Made by a program: the position numbers and the translations under genes | Assembly (NCBI RefSeq): GCF_052908275.1 | Contig: NZ_CM128603.1 | Reading direction: 5' to 3' (one strand) | Length of the DNA stretch: 32,000 nucleotides | Part shown: in pieces, positions 10,803 through 27,780 of the stretch | Position numbering within the stretch: position 1 is the first letter of the stretch | How the letters are laid out: every line of letters starts with the position of its first letter | The notes under the pieces: generated by a model | What the model was told of the DNA's origin: nothing | The model's database searches: none | The model's input: only the letters and a program-made list of their open reading frames with translations

Positions 10803-10872
10803 CGAGGCCTCGAACCCCGTACCATACAACAATCCTGGTTGTCGTCTGCTCTTCCTGATGAGCTAATGGCGG
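10792..10872 (-). pseudogene. tRNA-like element with a degenerate anticodon region (81 nt, encoded CCA)
   Basis: The minus strand folds as CCGCCAT/TA/GCTC-ATCAGGAA-GAGC/A-GACG/ACAAC-CAGGATT-GTTGT/ATGGTA/CGGGG-TTCGAGG-CCTCG/ATGGCGG/T/CCA. It has a 7-bp acceptor stem, a canonical D arm, a T arm with a TTCGA loop, and CCA. It also has 4 extra nt before the anticodon stem and a non-canonical loop (A33, T37). Confidence 0.5.
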
Positions 10873-11214
10873 TTTTTGATATGAGCCTTACAGCATATTT
10901 TCTGTCAGGCTTGAGTGCGATGCGTAAGATACAGAAAAGACCCCACACAAACATGATGGAATTATGATTTTTTTCATATGAATGTCAACCAACACATTCA
11001 CAAAACATCTGCATGAGATCATTTTTTATACACCGCATGGCTGCGAAACCACTACTGGTGCTTTTTTAAGCGAAGTGTCGCCGATCACAACAAAATATCG
11101 GCGAAAAAAGAGATGGAATGCCAGTTGGCATACAGATATACAGATGAAATGATTACCTGCATTGCGATTCACTCTCAGGTGGAATAACAACTTGCAGGTG
11201 GAACCCTTTCTGAA

Positions 11215-12030
11215 CTAAAGAGTGTAGCGGATTTTAACGTGCTTATTTACAGGATAATATCTGTCACCTAATTCCTGCACTCTATTAGATATCCATTCAT
11301 TTAATCGCGCATCATCTCTGTATGTTTTTACGTCCAGAACAGAGAGCAATAACATCACCAGTGATTCAGGAAAAACAGGGTAGATATTTTTTAAGTGTAA
11401 TAATAATCCATGCGCAAGCGCCTGCTTAATGGGCGCGTCTGTCTCCGGAATAGACGACATTTCGCGAAGCCATTTTTCCACATGCATACACTCTTTCCCT
11501 TTAGGGAAAATTCTCAGCAAAGGCATATGGTATTCAAGAAGAATACATTTGCAATCTGTTCGCACTGAATCGATAAACTGCACTAATTTCTTAAGCCCGG
11601 TAAAGCGTCCAGCCTGCACGTTTGCTTTAATATCAAGAAACGCATCATCCTGGTCATATACCCAAACTGTCCCTTTTTGATTTTCAAGTATGTGAAAAAC
11701 AAACTTAACCGGGTGATCAGGGTAATCCATCCAGTCATAAAATCCAGGGAAATCATTAAACTGCACATTTATGGTGAGTGCGTTATCGTCTGACCACTCA
11801 CAGTCTCGTACGGCAGCCATGAGATGAATGAGTTTGTCGTCATCGACTAAATCATCACGACAATCATAAGGATAATCATAATATTGTTTAATCAAAACCT
11901 TGAATATATCGACACAGGAAACCAGGGAGCTTTTGATATCCTCTGGTAACTGATTGTTTTTAACCGTATTAAGTATGCTTTGTTGCGTATATGGCATCAA
12001 ATTATTGTGCGGAGCTTTTAATGATATCAT
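11215..12030 (-). CDS. yahL: Uncharacterised protein YahL
   Basis: 271-aa ORF in a visibly AT-rich segment, recognised as K-12 YahL. I cannot identify any domain. Confidence 0.9.
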   Translation of the reverse strand: MISLKAPHNNLMPYTQQSILNTVKNNQLPEDIKSSLVSCVDIFKVLIKQYYDYPYDCRDDLVDDDKLIHLMAAVRDCEWSDDNALTINVQFNDFPGFYDWMDYPDHPVKFVFHILENQKGTVWVYDQDDAFLDIKANVQAGRFTGLKKLVQFIDSVRTDCKCILLEYHMPLLRIFPKGKECMHVEKWLREMSSIPETDAPIKQALAHGLLLHLKNIYPVFPESLVMLLLSVLDVKTYRDDARLNEWISNRVQELGDRYYPVNKHVKIRYTL

Positions 12031-12198
12031 CGCGATCTCTCTTAAATAAAAATAAACGTCGCAGATAATAAAGCTCTGATTAAACCAGGCACTATCAGAA
12101 ATCGCTCATAACTAACGTGTGAAGTATTGTGTACTGGAGGGCGTTAATTTAACAATTTAAATTTACGTTATAGGTTTTACTGCTACTTTGATATTATT

Positions 12199-12236
12199 TC
12201 GCTCTCCTTAACTAAAAAGTTAAGTGGAGAGCGAAG
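12199..12236 (-). terminator. Long hairpin downstream of yahK (possible terminator; weak U tract)
   Basis: ttcgctctccttaac (12199-12213) pairs with gttaag-tg-gagagcgaa (12220-12236), giving 15 bp with a 2-nt bulge. It lies 36 nt after the yahK stop. Confidence 0.4.
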
Positions 12237-12272
12237 TTAATATGTTAAACCACAGGGTATTTATTAATTTTT

Positions 12273-16488
<4,216 letters not shown>

Positions 16489-16518
16489 CTGAATTTTTAA
16501 CATTGAGGAGTCTGATTT

Positions 16519-16944
16519 ATGAATCAAATTTATGACAGTTTTCCGTTTCCTTCCCCTGAGGGTTTTACCGCAGGTATGACAATGGCGGGATATTTTATTC
16601 ACGCCACTGTCATAAATGATGAGGAGTTAAAACCCACGGGTTCTCATTATAACCCTGAGGCCAAACCCAAATATGCCATTGTTATTGCCTATCCGTATGA
16701 GGACCGAAAATTAAAAGTCCGCCGTGAGGAGCATGAGCGCTTTTCCTGTACTGAGGAGGATTTTAAATTTTTTAATTCATGTCCTGATTTGCAGGGCAAA
16801 CCTGTTTATCTCACGGTGGATGTTAACTCATGGTCGACAGGCTCTGAACGTCATGGTGTCTGGTATCGTTTTATTTCCGGCTCCATGAAACGTTTTGACG
16901 GTCAGCCGCTGGGTGCACTGCCCGCTGGTAAAGATAAGAATTAA
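16519..16944 (+). CDS. Hypothetical protein; positional analogue of the inovirus ssDNA-binding protein (gpV)
   Basis: 141-aa ORF with a GAGGAG RBS 8 nt upstream, lying directly after the replication gene. The function is assigned by gene order only. Confidence 0.5.
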   Translation: MNQIYDSFPFPSPEGFTAGMTMAGYFIHATVINDEELKPTGSHYNPEAKPKYAIVIAYPYEDRKLKVRREEHERFSCTEEDFKFFNSCPDLQGKPVYLTVDVNSWSTGSERHGVWYRFISGSMKRFDGQPLGALPAGKDKN

Positions 16945-16949
16945 GTTTC

Positions 16950-17123
16950 ATGTCTGTTAATTCGGATTCGGTTTCCACGCAAATTAATGCTATTTGCGTG
17001 GGGATACCTGATGTGTCGGGGGTTGATTCCTCGGCGTTTTTAACGGGATTTTCACTGCCAGTATTTTGTTTTTTTCTTGGCATGATTATTTCCACAATTT
17101 GGAGTTTAATAAGGAGACTTTAA
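16950..17123 (+). CDS. Small membrane protein (57 aa), candidate minor coat protein (gpVII/gpIX-like); below the ORF-track cutoff
   Basis: MSVNSDSVSTQINAICVGIPDVSGVDSSAFLTGFSLPVFCFFLGMIISTIWSLIRRL has a C-terminal TM helix plus a basic tail. It starts 5 nt after the previous stop and ends 2 nt before the major coat ATG. Confidence 0.45.
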   Translation: MSVNSDSVSTQINAICVGIPDVSGVDSSAFLTGFSLPVFCFFLGMIISTIWSLIRRL

Positions 17124-17125
17124 TT

Positions 17126-17374
17126 ATGTTTGCAAAAATGACCAATCTTTTTAAGGGTGTTAATAAGAAAGTTGCAGCCTTATCTTTTTCCGCTGCTTCT
17201 GCTCTTGCTGTATCTCCGTCTTTTGCTGGTACAGTCGATTTTTCATCATTGACTAACAGCATTGATATGTCTTCTGTTTCTGCTGTTATTCTTTCTATCG
17301 GTGTTGCAGGAGTTACAGTTTATCTGACTTTTGCTGGCGTTCGTAAAGTATGGGGAGCCCTCAGAAGTATCTGA
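17126..17374 (+). CDS. Major coat protein (gpVIII-like) precursor
   Basis: MFAKMTNLFKGVNKKVAALSFSAASALAVSPSFA / GTVDFSSLTNSIDMSSVSAVILSIGVAGVTVYLTFAGVRKVWGALRSI. It has a signal peptide, then an acidic N-terminus, a hydrophobic core and a basic C-terminus. An AGGAG RBS lies 9 nt upstream. The track ORF start at 17066 is an upstream extension. Confidence 0.8.
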   Translation: MFAKMTNLFKGVNKKVAALSFSAASALAVSPSFAGTVDFSSLTNSIDMSSVSAVILSIGVAGVTVYLTFAGVRKVWGALRSI

Positions 17375-17391
17375 GTTGTTTTTTATGAGGA

Positions 17392-17416
17392 AGGGCGGAT
17401 ATTCCGCCCTTTTTTT
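17392..17416 (+). terminator. Rho-independent terminator after the major coat gene
   Basis: agggcgga-tat-tccgccct is an 8-bp GC-rich stem followed by TTTTTTT. The position matches the strong terminator after gene VIII in Ff phages. Confidence 0.8.
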
Positions 17417-17424
17417 GGATATTT

Positions 17425-17502
17425 ATGTTTGATTTTATTTTTATGATGTTTGGCTCCCTTTGTGGGTTATGTTGCGTCATTGGGTTTAAATCTAATTTGT
17501 GA
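17425..17502 (+). CDS. Very small hydrophobic ORF (25 aa), possible minor coat protein
   Basis: MFDFIFMMFGSLCGLCCVIGFKSNL. The RBS is weak. Its stop overlaps the GAGG RBS of the next ORF. Confidence 0.3.
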   Translation: MFDFIFMMFGSLCGLCCVIGFKSNL

Positions 17503-17508
17503 GGTTTT

Positions 17509-17679
17509 GTGTCTACTCAAGAATTTAAAGTTAAATTGCCGAAATACACTATCGAGCAGATAGAAAGAATTATTTACAATAAAAATACAACCATTGAAGA
17601 ATATGTTGTTTCAGTTATTCTTGAAAAAGCCGATCAGGATTTCCGTCGAATTGTAAAACCATTTAGTTTTTACTGGTGA
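17509..17679 (+). CDS. 56-aa ORF with ribbon-helix-helix (CopG/Arc-like) appearance, GTG start
   Basis: (M)[55 protein letters not shown] shows a beta-strand (FKVKLP), helix, helix pattern. GAGG lies 4 nt upstream, and the ORF ends 4 nt before the gpIII-like ATG. Confidence 0.4.
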   Translation: MSTQEFKVKLPKYTIEQIERIIYNKNTTIEEYVVSVILEKADQDFRRIVKPFSFYW

Positions 17680-17683
17680 TGAA

Positions 17684-19261
<1,578 letters not shown>

Positions 19262-19275
19262 TAATCAGGTGGTGA

Positions 19276-19566
<291 letters not shown>

Positions 19567-19577
19567 GAGGGTGATTT

Positions 19578-21892
<2,315 letters not shown>

Positions 21893-22070
21893 TGCCGCAA
21901 CGCGGCATGTAAGGCGGCATGATGATGTTTCATATGATGCAGCTGCCTGACCGCCGAAGCCAGGGAGAGATTACAGAGCAGCAGGAGACAGCGCAACGCG
22001 CCGCCTGCCAGACCGCCTTTAAACAGGCAGTTAGCGAGACGAACGGCACGAGACGTGAGTCGTACAGGTG

Positions 22071-22098
22071 TTGATGTGATTAGTTGATGAAATTGATG
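22071..22098 (+). promoter_or_regulatory. Three closely spaced TTGATG direct repeats (possible initiator or regulator binding iterons)
   Basis: TTGATG occurs at 22071, 22084 and 22093 within the phage intergenic region, about 55 nt upstream of the large hairpin. Confidence 0.35.
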
Positions 22099-22152
22099 AT
22101 GACTTACAGCGATGCTTAGTTATCCGCCATCTTAAGTTCAATATGAATCATA

Positions 22153-22220
22153 GCCCGCCGGAACGGCAGTTGCCCCCGCCCGCAGGGGCGAGGACGGGAG
22201 CAACTGCCGTTCCGGCGGGC
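22153..22220 (+). other. 68-nt GC-rich imperfect hairpin: candidate packaging signal or ssDNA origin structure
   Basis: gcccgccggaacggcagttgc (22153-22173) is perfectly complementary to gcaactgccgttccggcgggc (22200-22220), with further partial pairing in the 26-nt centre. It lies after the secretin gene, where the Ff packaging-signal hairpin sits. Confidence 0.6.
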
Positions 22221-22349
22221 AATGATGCTATATACTCTTTAATGATGGATGTAACGTAATATTCTCTTTCCTATTCTGACATTATACACAGTACAAAAAC
22301 TCATAACAAAGCACGAATGATAGCAAGCTTGTTTTTGTTATTTTTTTAA

Positions 22350-23117
<768 letters not shown>

Positions 23118-23200
23118 ATAATTACACACGTAATTATTGCATTGCAAACCATTACCTTATAAGGGGGTAACTTAGTGTAGGCTCTTGTTCCCCCTCTAAT

Positions 23201-23255
<55 letters not shown>

Positions 23256-23597
23256 AACGCCTGATATGTCATCGCGGCAAAACGCGTCCATTGAATATAG
23301 CCAATATTTAAACCACCCGATCCAGCCCCAACATGCCGCGAGCCTGAATGAAACAGAGCAGCAACGTTCCCCATAAGGCGAGCGCCTGTAAGTGTGATAT
23401 TTGCTATCTGTAAAAGACTAAAATCGGCAAAACTGATGATCTTTTCACGTAGACAAATAGTTATCTACACAACGTCAATAAGGGCATATTCCTCAAAGAT
23501 AATGTCCATTTCTGCCGACACACTCATATTCAGATTGCCCCACTCCCTGGGGCTTAAATCTCTTACTATTCACCGTTGCAGGCGTTTCAAATGCGCA

Positions 23598-24980
23598 TCA
23601 ACCTGCCACACTCCCCCACACCAGTTGCCCTTTATGGAACGTTGCTGTTCTCGGCGAGATACGCGCCACCGCCTCGGCAGAACAGGAGGCGTCCACCAGC
23701 ACAAAGCTGGCGTCATCCTGCGCTTTTGGCCATACACGCTCGCCTTTTTCATTCAGCGGCAATACATCGCCAGTGGCTAGAAACAGCGAACGGGAGAGGT
23801 TCTGTTCGTTAGGACGAATATAGAGCTGCGCGTACAGATTGGCTTTTTCCAGCATGTCGCCCAGACCATAAGGCGACCAGTGGTCGATAACGCTGTCAGT
23901 GCCAGTCATCACTTTTACGCCTTTGTCGTGCAACTGTTTGAGCGGCATATGCAGCGTGCCAATCGGCACCGTCGAGGCAATAGAAATTTGTTGCACCACC
24001 ATCCGGTTCGCCAGTTCATCTACCTGTTGCTCGTTGAGCGTTGCCAGCGCAAAGGCGTGACTGATGGTCAGCTTGCCCTTCAGCTGTGGCGTTTTCTCTA
24101 CCGTTTCAACCATATAATTGATGGCTGCCACGCCTGCCGGAGTGGTTTCGTGCAGGTGAATATCGACGCCTTTGTCGTAGTCCAGCGCAATCTGGAACAT
24201 GGTGTCGAGGGATTTTTCCATCGCGCCATCAACACTGGTCGGGTCCAGGCCGCCGACGTAATGCGCCCCCGCCTGCATCGCTTCACGCATTAAAGGTTCA
24301 GATTTCGACAGCAGCAAACCGTGCTGCGGGAAGGCGACGATTTCACACTCAAAGCCCGCCTGACGTCGCGCCAGCACCGCCTGCAAATTTTGCAGATTTT
24401 TCAGGCCGGAAACCGGTTCGATATTGCAGTGGCTGCGGGCAATGGTGGTGCCTTTCGACTGCAATAAATCAATCAGTTTTTCTGCCCGCTCCTGAGTGTA
24501 CGGTTGCAGTTCCGGCAGCATTTTCTGCTCGAGTTTGATCATGTCCTGGATGATGGTGCCTGCCGGACGATTGAGCGAGCGCCACGGCCCGCCGTAAAAG
24601 GTTTTGTCGAGATGAATATGCATGTCGCGGGTGGTGGGCAGCATCAGCTTACCGCCAGCGTCATAGTGCGGCAGCGTGGCGTCCGGATGCAGCTTGTTCT
24701 CGCGCAGGGCGACAATTTTGCCGTCCTGAATCTCCACGGTCTGGCGCGCCGTGCGGGTCTGCACCGCCACGCCATTTTCGTAGTCAAAACCGGTTTCCAG
24801 CAGCACGTTATCGAGATAGTAATGCGGGTCAGTGATTTTCATGGTGTTGTTCGCTTCGCAGTTTAGGGTGCCAGCTACCGCCGCATGGGCGAGCGGCACA
24901 GAGGTACCAAACAGCGCGGCGGCGGTGACCATCTTACCGCTCTGGCTCAGAAATTCACGGCGGCTATTGCTTTCTTTCAT
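23598..24980 (-). CDS. yahJ: Amidohydrolase-family putative deaminase with Tat signal
   Basis: 460-aa ORF with the twin-arginine motif SRREFLSQSG...AHA, recognised as K-12 YahJ. Confidence 0.95.
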   Translation of the reverse strand: MKESNSRREFLSQSGKMVTAAALFGTSVPLAHAAVAGTLNCEANNTMKITDPHYYLDNVLLETGFDYENGVAVQTRTARQTVEIQDGKIVALRENKLHPDATLPHYDAGGKLMLPTTRDMHIHLDKTFYGGPWRSLNRPAGTIIQDMIKLEQKMLPELQPYTQERAEKLIDLLQSKGTTIARSHCNIEPVSGLKNLQNLQAVLARRQAGFECEIVAFPQHGLLLSKSEPLMREAMQAGAHYVGGLDPTSVDGAMEKSLDTMFQIALDYDKGVDIHLHETTPAGVAAINYMVETVEKTPQLKGKLTISHAFALATLNEQQVDELANRMVVQQISIASTVPIGTLHMPLKQLHDKGVKVMTGTDSVIDHWSPYGLGDMLEKANLYAQLYIRPNEQNLSRSLFLATGDVLPLNEKGERVWPKAQDDASFVLVDASCSAEAVARISPRTATFHKGQLVWGSVAG

Positions 24981-24989
24981 CTTACGTCC

Positions 24990-25940
24990 TTACGTTTTAA
25001 TAATATGAGTGCCCGTTTCGCCGCGCAGCGCCGCAGGCAGGCATTCCGGCGTGGTGATAATCACTTCTTTGCCGCCTTGTTCTAAAAATGTCAGGCTGGC
25101 GATGATTTTTGGCAACATGCTGCCGGGCGGGAAATGCCCTTCCTGCATATAGCGGGTCATGGTGGCAATATCCACCCGATCGAGCGCCTGCTGCTGCGGT
25201 TTGCCAAAGTGAATACACACTTTTTCGACGCCAGTGGTGATCACAAGAATGTCGGCGTGAATTTCACGGGCCAGCAGCGCGGTAGAGAGATCTTTGTCGA
25301 TAACCGCGTCCACGCTTTGGTAATCTCCCGCGTCAGTACGCACTACCGGAATTCCACCGCCGCCCGCGCCAATTACGACAAAACCTTGTTGGATCAGCGC
25401 TTTAATGGCAGGTGCTTCGACAATACGTTTCGGTTCCGGCGAGGCGACCACGCGGCGATAGCCCCGCCCGGCATCTTCAACAAAACACCAGTCAGGGTTT
25501 GCCTTTTGTAATTCGTCACGCTGGCTGTCACTAAAGAATGCGCCGATGGGCTTGGTGGGATGGGCAAAACCTGGATCGTTTTTATCCACTTCCACCTGAG
25601 TCACCACGGTGACGGCTTTCTTCTCGCCGTGACGCGCCAGCCGGTTATTCAGCGCCTGTTGGATCAGATAGCCGATGCCGCCCTGCGTATCTGCCACACA
25701 GTTCGCCAGCGGCGTTAAGGGCAGCCCTTCGCGCTCGTGGGCAATCTCCGCACGGCGTAAATCCAGCCCGACCTGCGGCCCGTTGCCGTGGGTCAGCACA
25801 ATGTCGTAATCGGAAGCCAGCATTTCCAGCACCGTATCGGCGACGGCTTTCACCGCCTCCGCCTGATGCTCAATCGACTGGCTGGCGTTATCTTTGATAA
25901 TGCTGTTGCCACCAATGGCAACGACCACAAGCTCTTTCAT
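24990..25940 (-). CDS. yahI: Carbamate kinase-like protein
   Basis: 316-aa ORF of the carbamate kinase family (MKELVVVAIGGNS..., THGNGPQVG), recognised as K-12 YahI. Confidence 0.95.
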   Translation of the reverse strand: MKELVVVAIGGNSIIKDNASQSIEHQAEAVKAVADTVLEMLASDYDIVLTHGNGPQVGLDLRRAEIAHEREGLPLTPLANCVADTQGGIGYLIQQALNNRLARHGEKKAVTVVTQVEVDKNDPGFAHPTKPIGAFFSDSQRDELQKANPDWCFVEDAGRGYRRVVASPEPKRIVEAPAIKALIQQGFVVIGAGGGGIPVVRTDAGDYQSVDAVIDKDLSTALLAREIHADILVITTGVEKVCIHFGKPQQQALDRVDIATMTRYMQEGHFPPGSMLPKIIASLTFLEQGGKEVIITTPECLPAALRGETGTHIIKT

Positions 25941-25989
25941 GTTGTTATGTCCGCTACAGAGGGTGATGGGGTTATGACCAACGCCAGAC

Positions 25990-26349
25990 TGCCTGATGCG
26001 CTACGCTTATCAGGCCTACAATTCTCGCGCCACTCGTAGGCCGGATAAGGCGTTCACGCCGCATCCGGCAATGGTGACAAATGCCTGATGCGCTACGCTT
26101 ATCAGGCCTACAGATTCTCGCGCCACTCGTAGGCCGGATAAGGCGTCCACGCCGCATCCGGCAGTGGTGGCAAATGCCTGATGCGCTACGCTTATCAGGC
26201 CTACAGATTCTTGCGCCATTCGTAGGCCGGATAAGGCGTTCACGCCACATCCGGCAATGGTGACAAATGCCTGATGCGCTACGCTTATCAGGCCTACAGA
26301 TTCTTGCGCCATTCGTAGGCCGGATAAGGCGTTCACGCCGCATCCGGCA
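25990..26349. repeat. BIME array: four tandem ~93-bp REP-pair units between yahI and yahG
   Basis: gcctgatgcgctacgcttatcaggcctaca recurs at 25991, 26083, 26176 and 26269, alternating with gtaggccggataaggcg...gcatccggca. Confidence 0.9.
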
Positions 26350-26361
26350 TGAACATGTAGG

Positions 26362-27780
26362 TCAGACGCCGTAACGTTCGCACCAGCCAAGAATGGCTTT
26401 CTCGAAGCAGGCAAAAGGTGGATGCACAATGCCCGCGCCAATCATGCCGACGCCCGCATCTTTATGGGCGATGGCGGTGTTGATCACCGGCAGAATGCCG
26501 CTGCTACCCACGCGGGTGATGTCGATTGCCGACGGCACGCCCATAAAACCGAGCAGCGGAATGGTGACGTTGGGGTTTTCACCGAGGGTGATTTCGCGCA
26601 TCTGACGGGAGAAATCAATAGCTTCTTCCACCGTGCCGCCCACCAGCGCGACGATAGCGGGCGCGGTCGCCATAGCAAATCCGCCAATACCGTAGGTTTC
26701 GGTGATGGCGCTGTCGCCGATATCCAGCCCCGAATCTTCCGGCTTATAACCGGCAAACATCGGGCCGATCACCTGCTGCGCCGGGCCGGTAAACCATTGC
26801 CCCGGCAGGCCGCTGACCCGCAGGCCGAACTCGACGCCGTTACGCGCCATGGTGGTGACCACGGTGCTGTATTCGATGCCATGCGCCGCATCCATCGCCG
26901 CTTTACACATCGCCATCCACGTCGGGCCGGAGAAGTAGTCGCTGCTGGCGACAAACTCAAACACTTCGCGCTGTTGCTCGACGGAATAACCCGCCTGAAT
27001 AATCCCCGGCGTCAGCGCCTGAATCAGCAGTGTCGTCCCGGCGTTATTGCGGTTATGGCACTCATCGCCCATATGCAGCGCCTGCGCCAGCATTAAGCGC
27101 AGATCGATTTCGCCGATAATTTTCATCGCGTCGCGCAGTATTGGTCCCTGCACATCACGCATCCAGTTCAGGCGGTCAATCACGCTCTGGTCGTTAGCGC
27201 CCATACGCAAAATCTTCGCCATCTGCTCGCTCATGTTGGTATAAGCGATGTTGCCGTAGGTTTTGTTTTTTACGATGTGCATAAACATCGAGGCCGAGGT
27301 AACACCCGCCATCGATCCCACGCAGTCGTGCTCGTGACACGGCGAGAAGGTGATCTCCCCGGAAGCCGCCAGTTCAGCCGCCTCGTCGAGATCTTTCGCC
27401 AGTCCTTCGAACACCAGCGCTCCGGTGACCGCGCCTTTCATCGCGCCGCACATTTTTTCCCAGGTGATCGGCGGCCCGGCGTGAAGAATGGTTTTCGCCG
27501 TCATGCCCGGCACCACGTTAATCGCCTGATCAAAACCAATCAGCATCGGATGCGACTGGATAATACGCTCCAGCGCCTGCTGGTTAGCGGCGGCGATTTT
27601 GTCCGCCAGCGGCGAATCGGCAATGTTATCCAGCGCCTGCACCACCTGCATATTGCCCTGCCCCGGCGGCGTCCAGTCGAGTTGAGTCACTTCTACATGC
27701 TGCTTTTTCAGGTCATCGCTAAACATGGCGATGCCGACGTTAATAACGTTCAATGGTTGGCTAAACAGTGACTGGCTCAT
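26362..27780 (-). CDS. yahG: DUF1116-family protein YahG (YlbE/AllG paralogue)
   Basis: 472-aa ORF recognised as K-12 YahG. Its start overlaps the yahF stop. Confidence 0.95.
   Translation of the reverse strand: MSQSLFSQPLNVINVGIAMFSDDLKKQHVEVTQLDWTPPGQGNMQVVQALDNIADSPLADKIAAANQQALERIIQSHPMLIGFDQAINVVPGMTAKTILHAGPPITWEKMCGAMKGAVTGALVFEGLAKDLDEAAELAASGEITFSPCHEHDCVGSMAGVTSASMFMHIVKNKTYGNIAYTNMSEQMAKILRMGANDQSVIDRLNWMRDVQGPILRDAMKIIGEIDLRLMLAQALHMGDECHNRNNAGTTLLIQALTPGIIQAGYSVEQQREVFEFVASSDYFSGPTWMAMCKAAMDAAHGIEYSTVVTTMARNGVEFGLRVSGLPGQWFTGPAQQVIGPMFAGYKPEDSGLDIGDSAITETYGIGGFAMATAPAIVALVGGTVEEAIDFSRQMREITLGENPNVTIPLLGFMGVPSAIDITRVGSSGILPVINTAIAHKDAGVGMIGAGIVHPPFACFEKAILGWCERYGV

Noticed and set aside
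10772-10954. 60-aa minus-strand ORF upstream of yahM
   Set aside because: It runs straight through the tRNA-like element and the adjacent non-coding DNA, with no RBS or conservation argument.
17066-17125. N-terminal 20-codon extension of the major coat ORF (track start 17066)
   Set aside because: It overlaps the 57-aa upstream ORF in another frame. The ATG at 17126 has a consensus AGGAG RBS and gives a canonical signal peptide.
23537-23553. Hairpin gcccca-ctccc-tggggc 45 nt downstream of the yahJ stop, as a yahJ terminator
   Set aside because: The stem is short and no U tract follows on the minus strand. It is plausible but not supportable as a terminator from sequence alone.
23394-23812. 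Plus-strand ORFs of 128 aa and 78 aa downstream of the PLD gene that might have been a partner gene
   Set aside because: They overlap the 3' end of yahJ on the opposite strand, have no RBS and have host-like GC-rich antisense composition. Small ORFs in 23118-23400 (13-45 codons) show no coding features either.
25972-26441. ORFs of 123 aa and 141 aa (yahH-like) in the yahI-yahG spacer
   Set aside because: These are again translations of REP/BIME repeats. K-12 yahH is generally regarded as a phantom gene of this kind.
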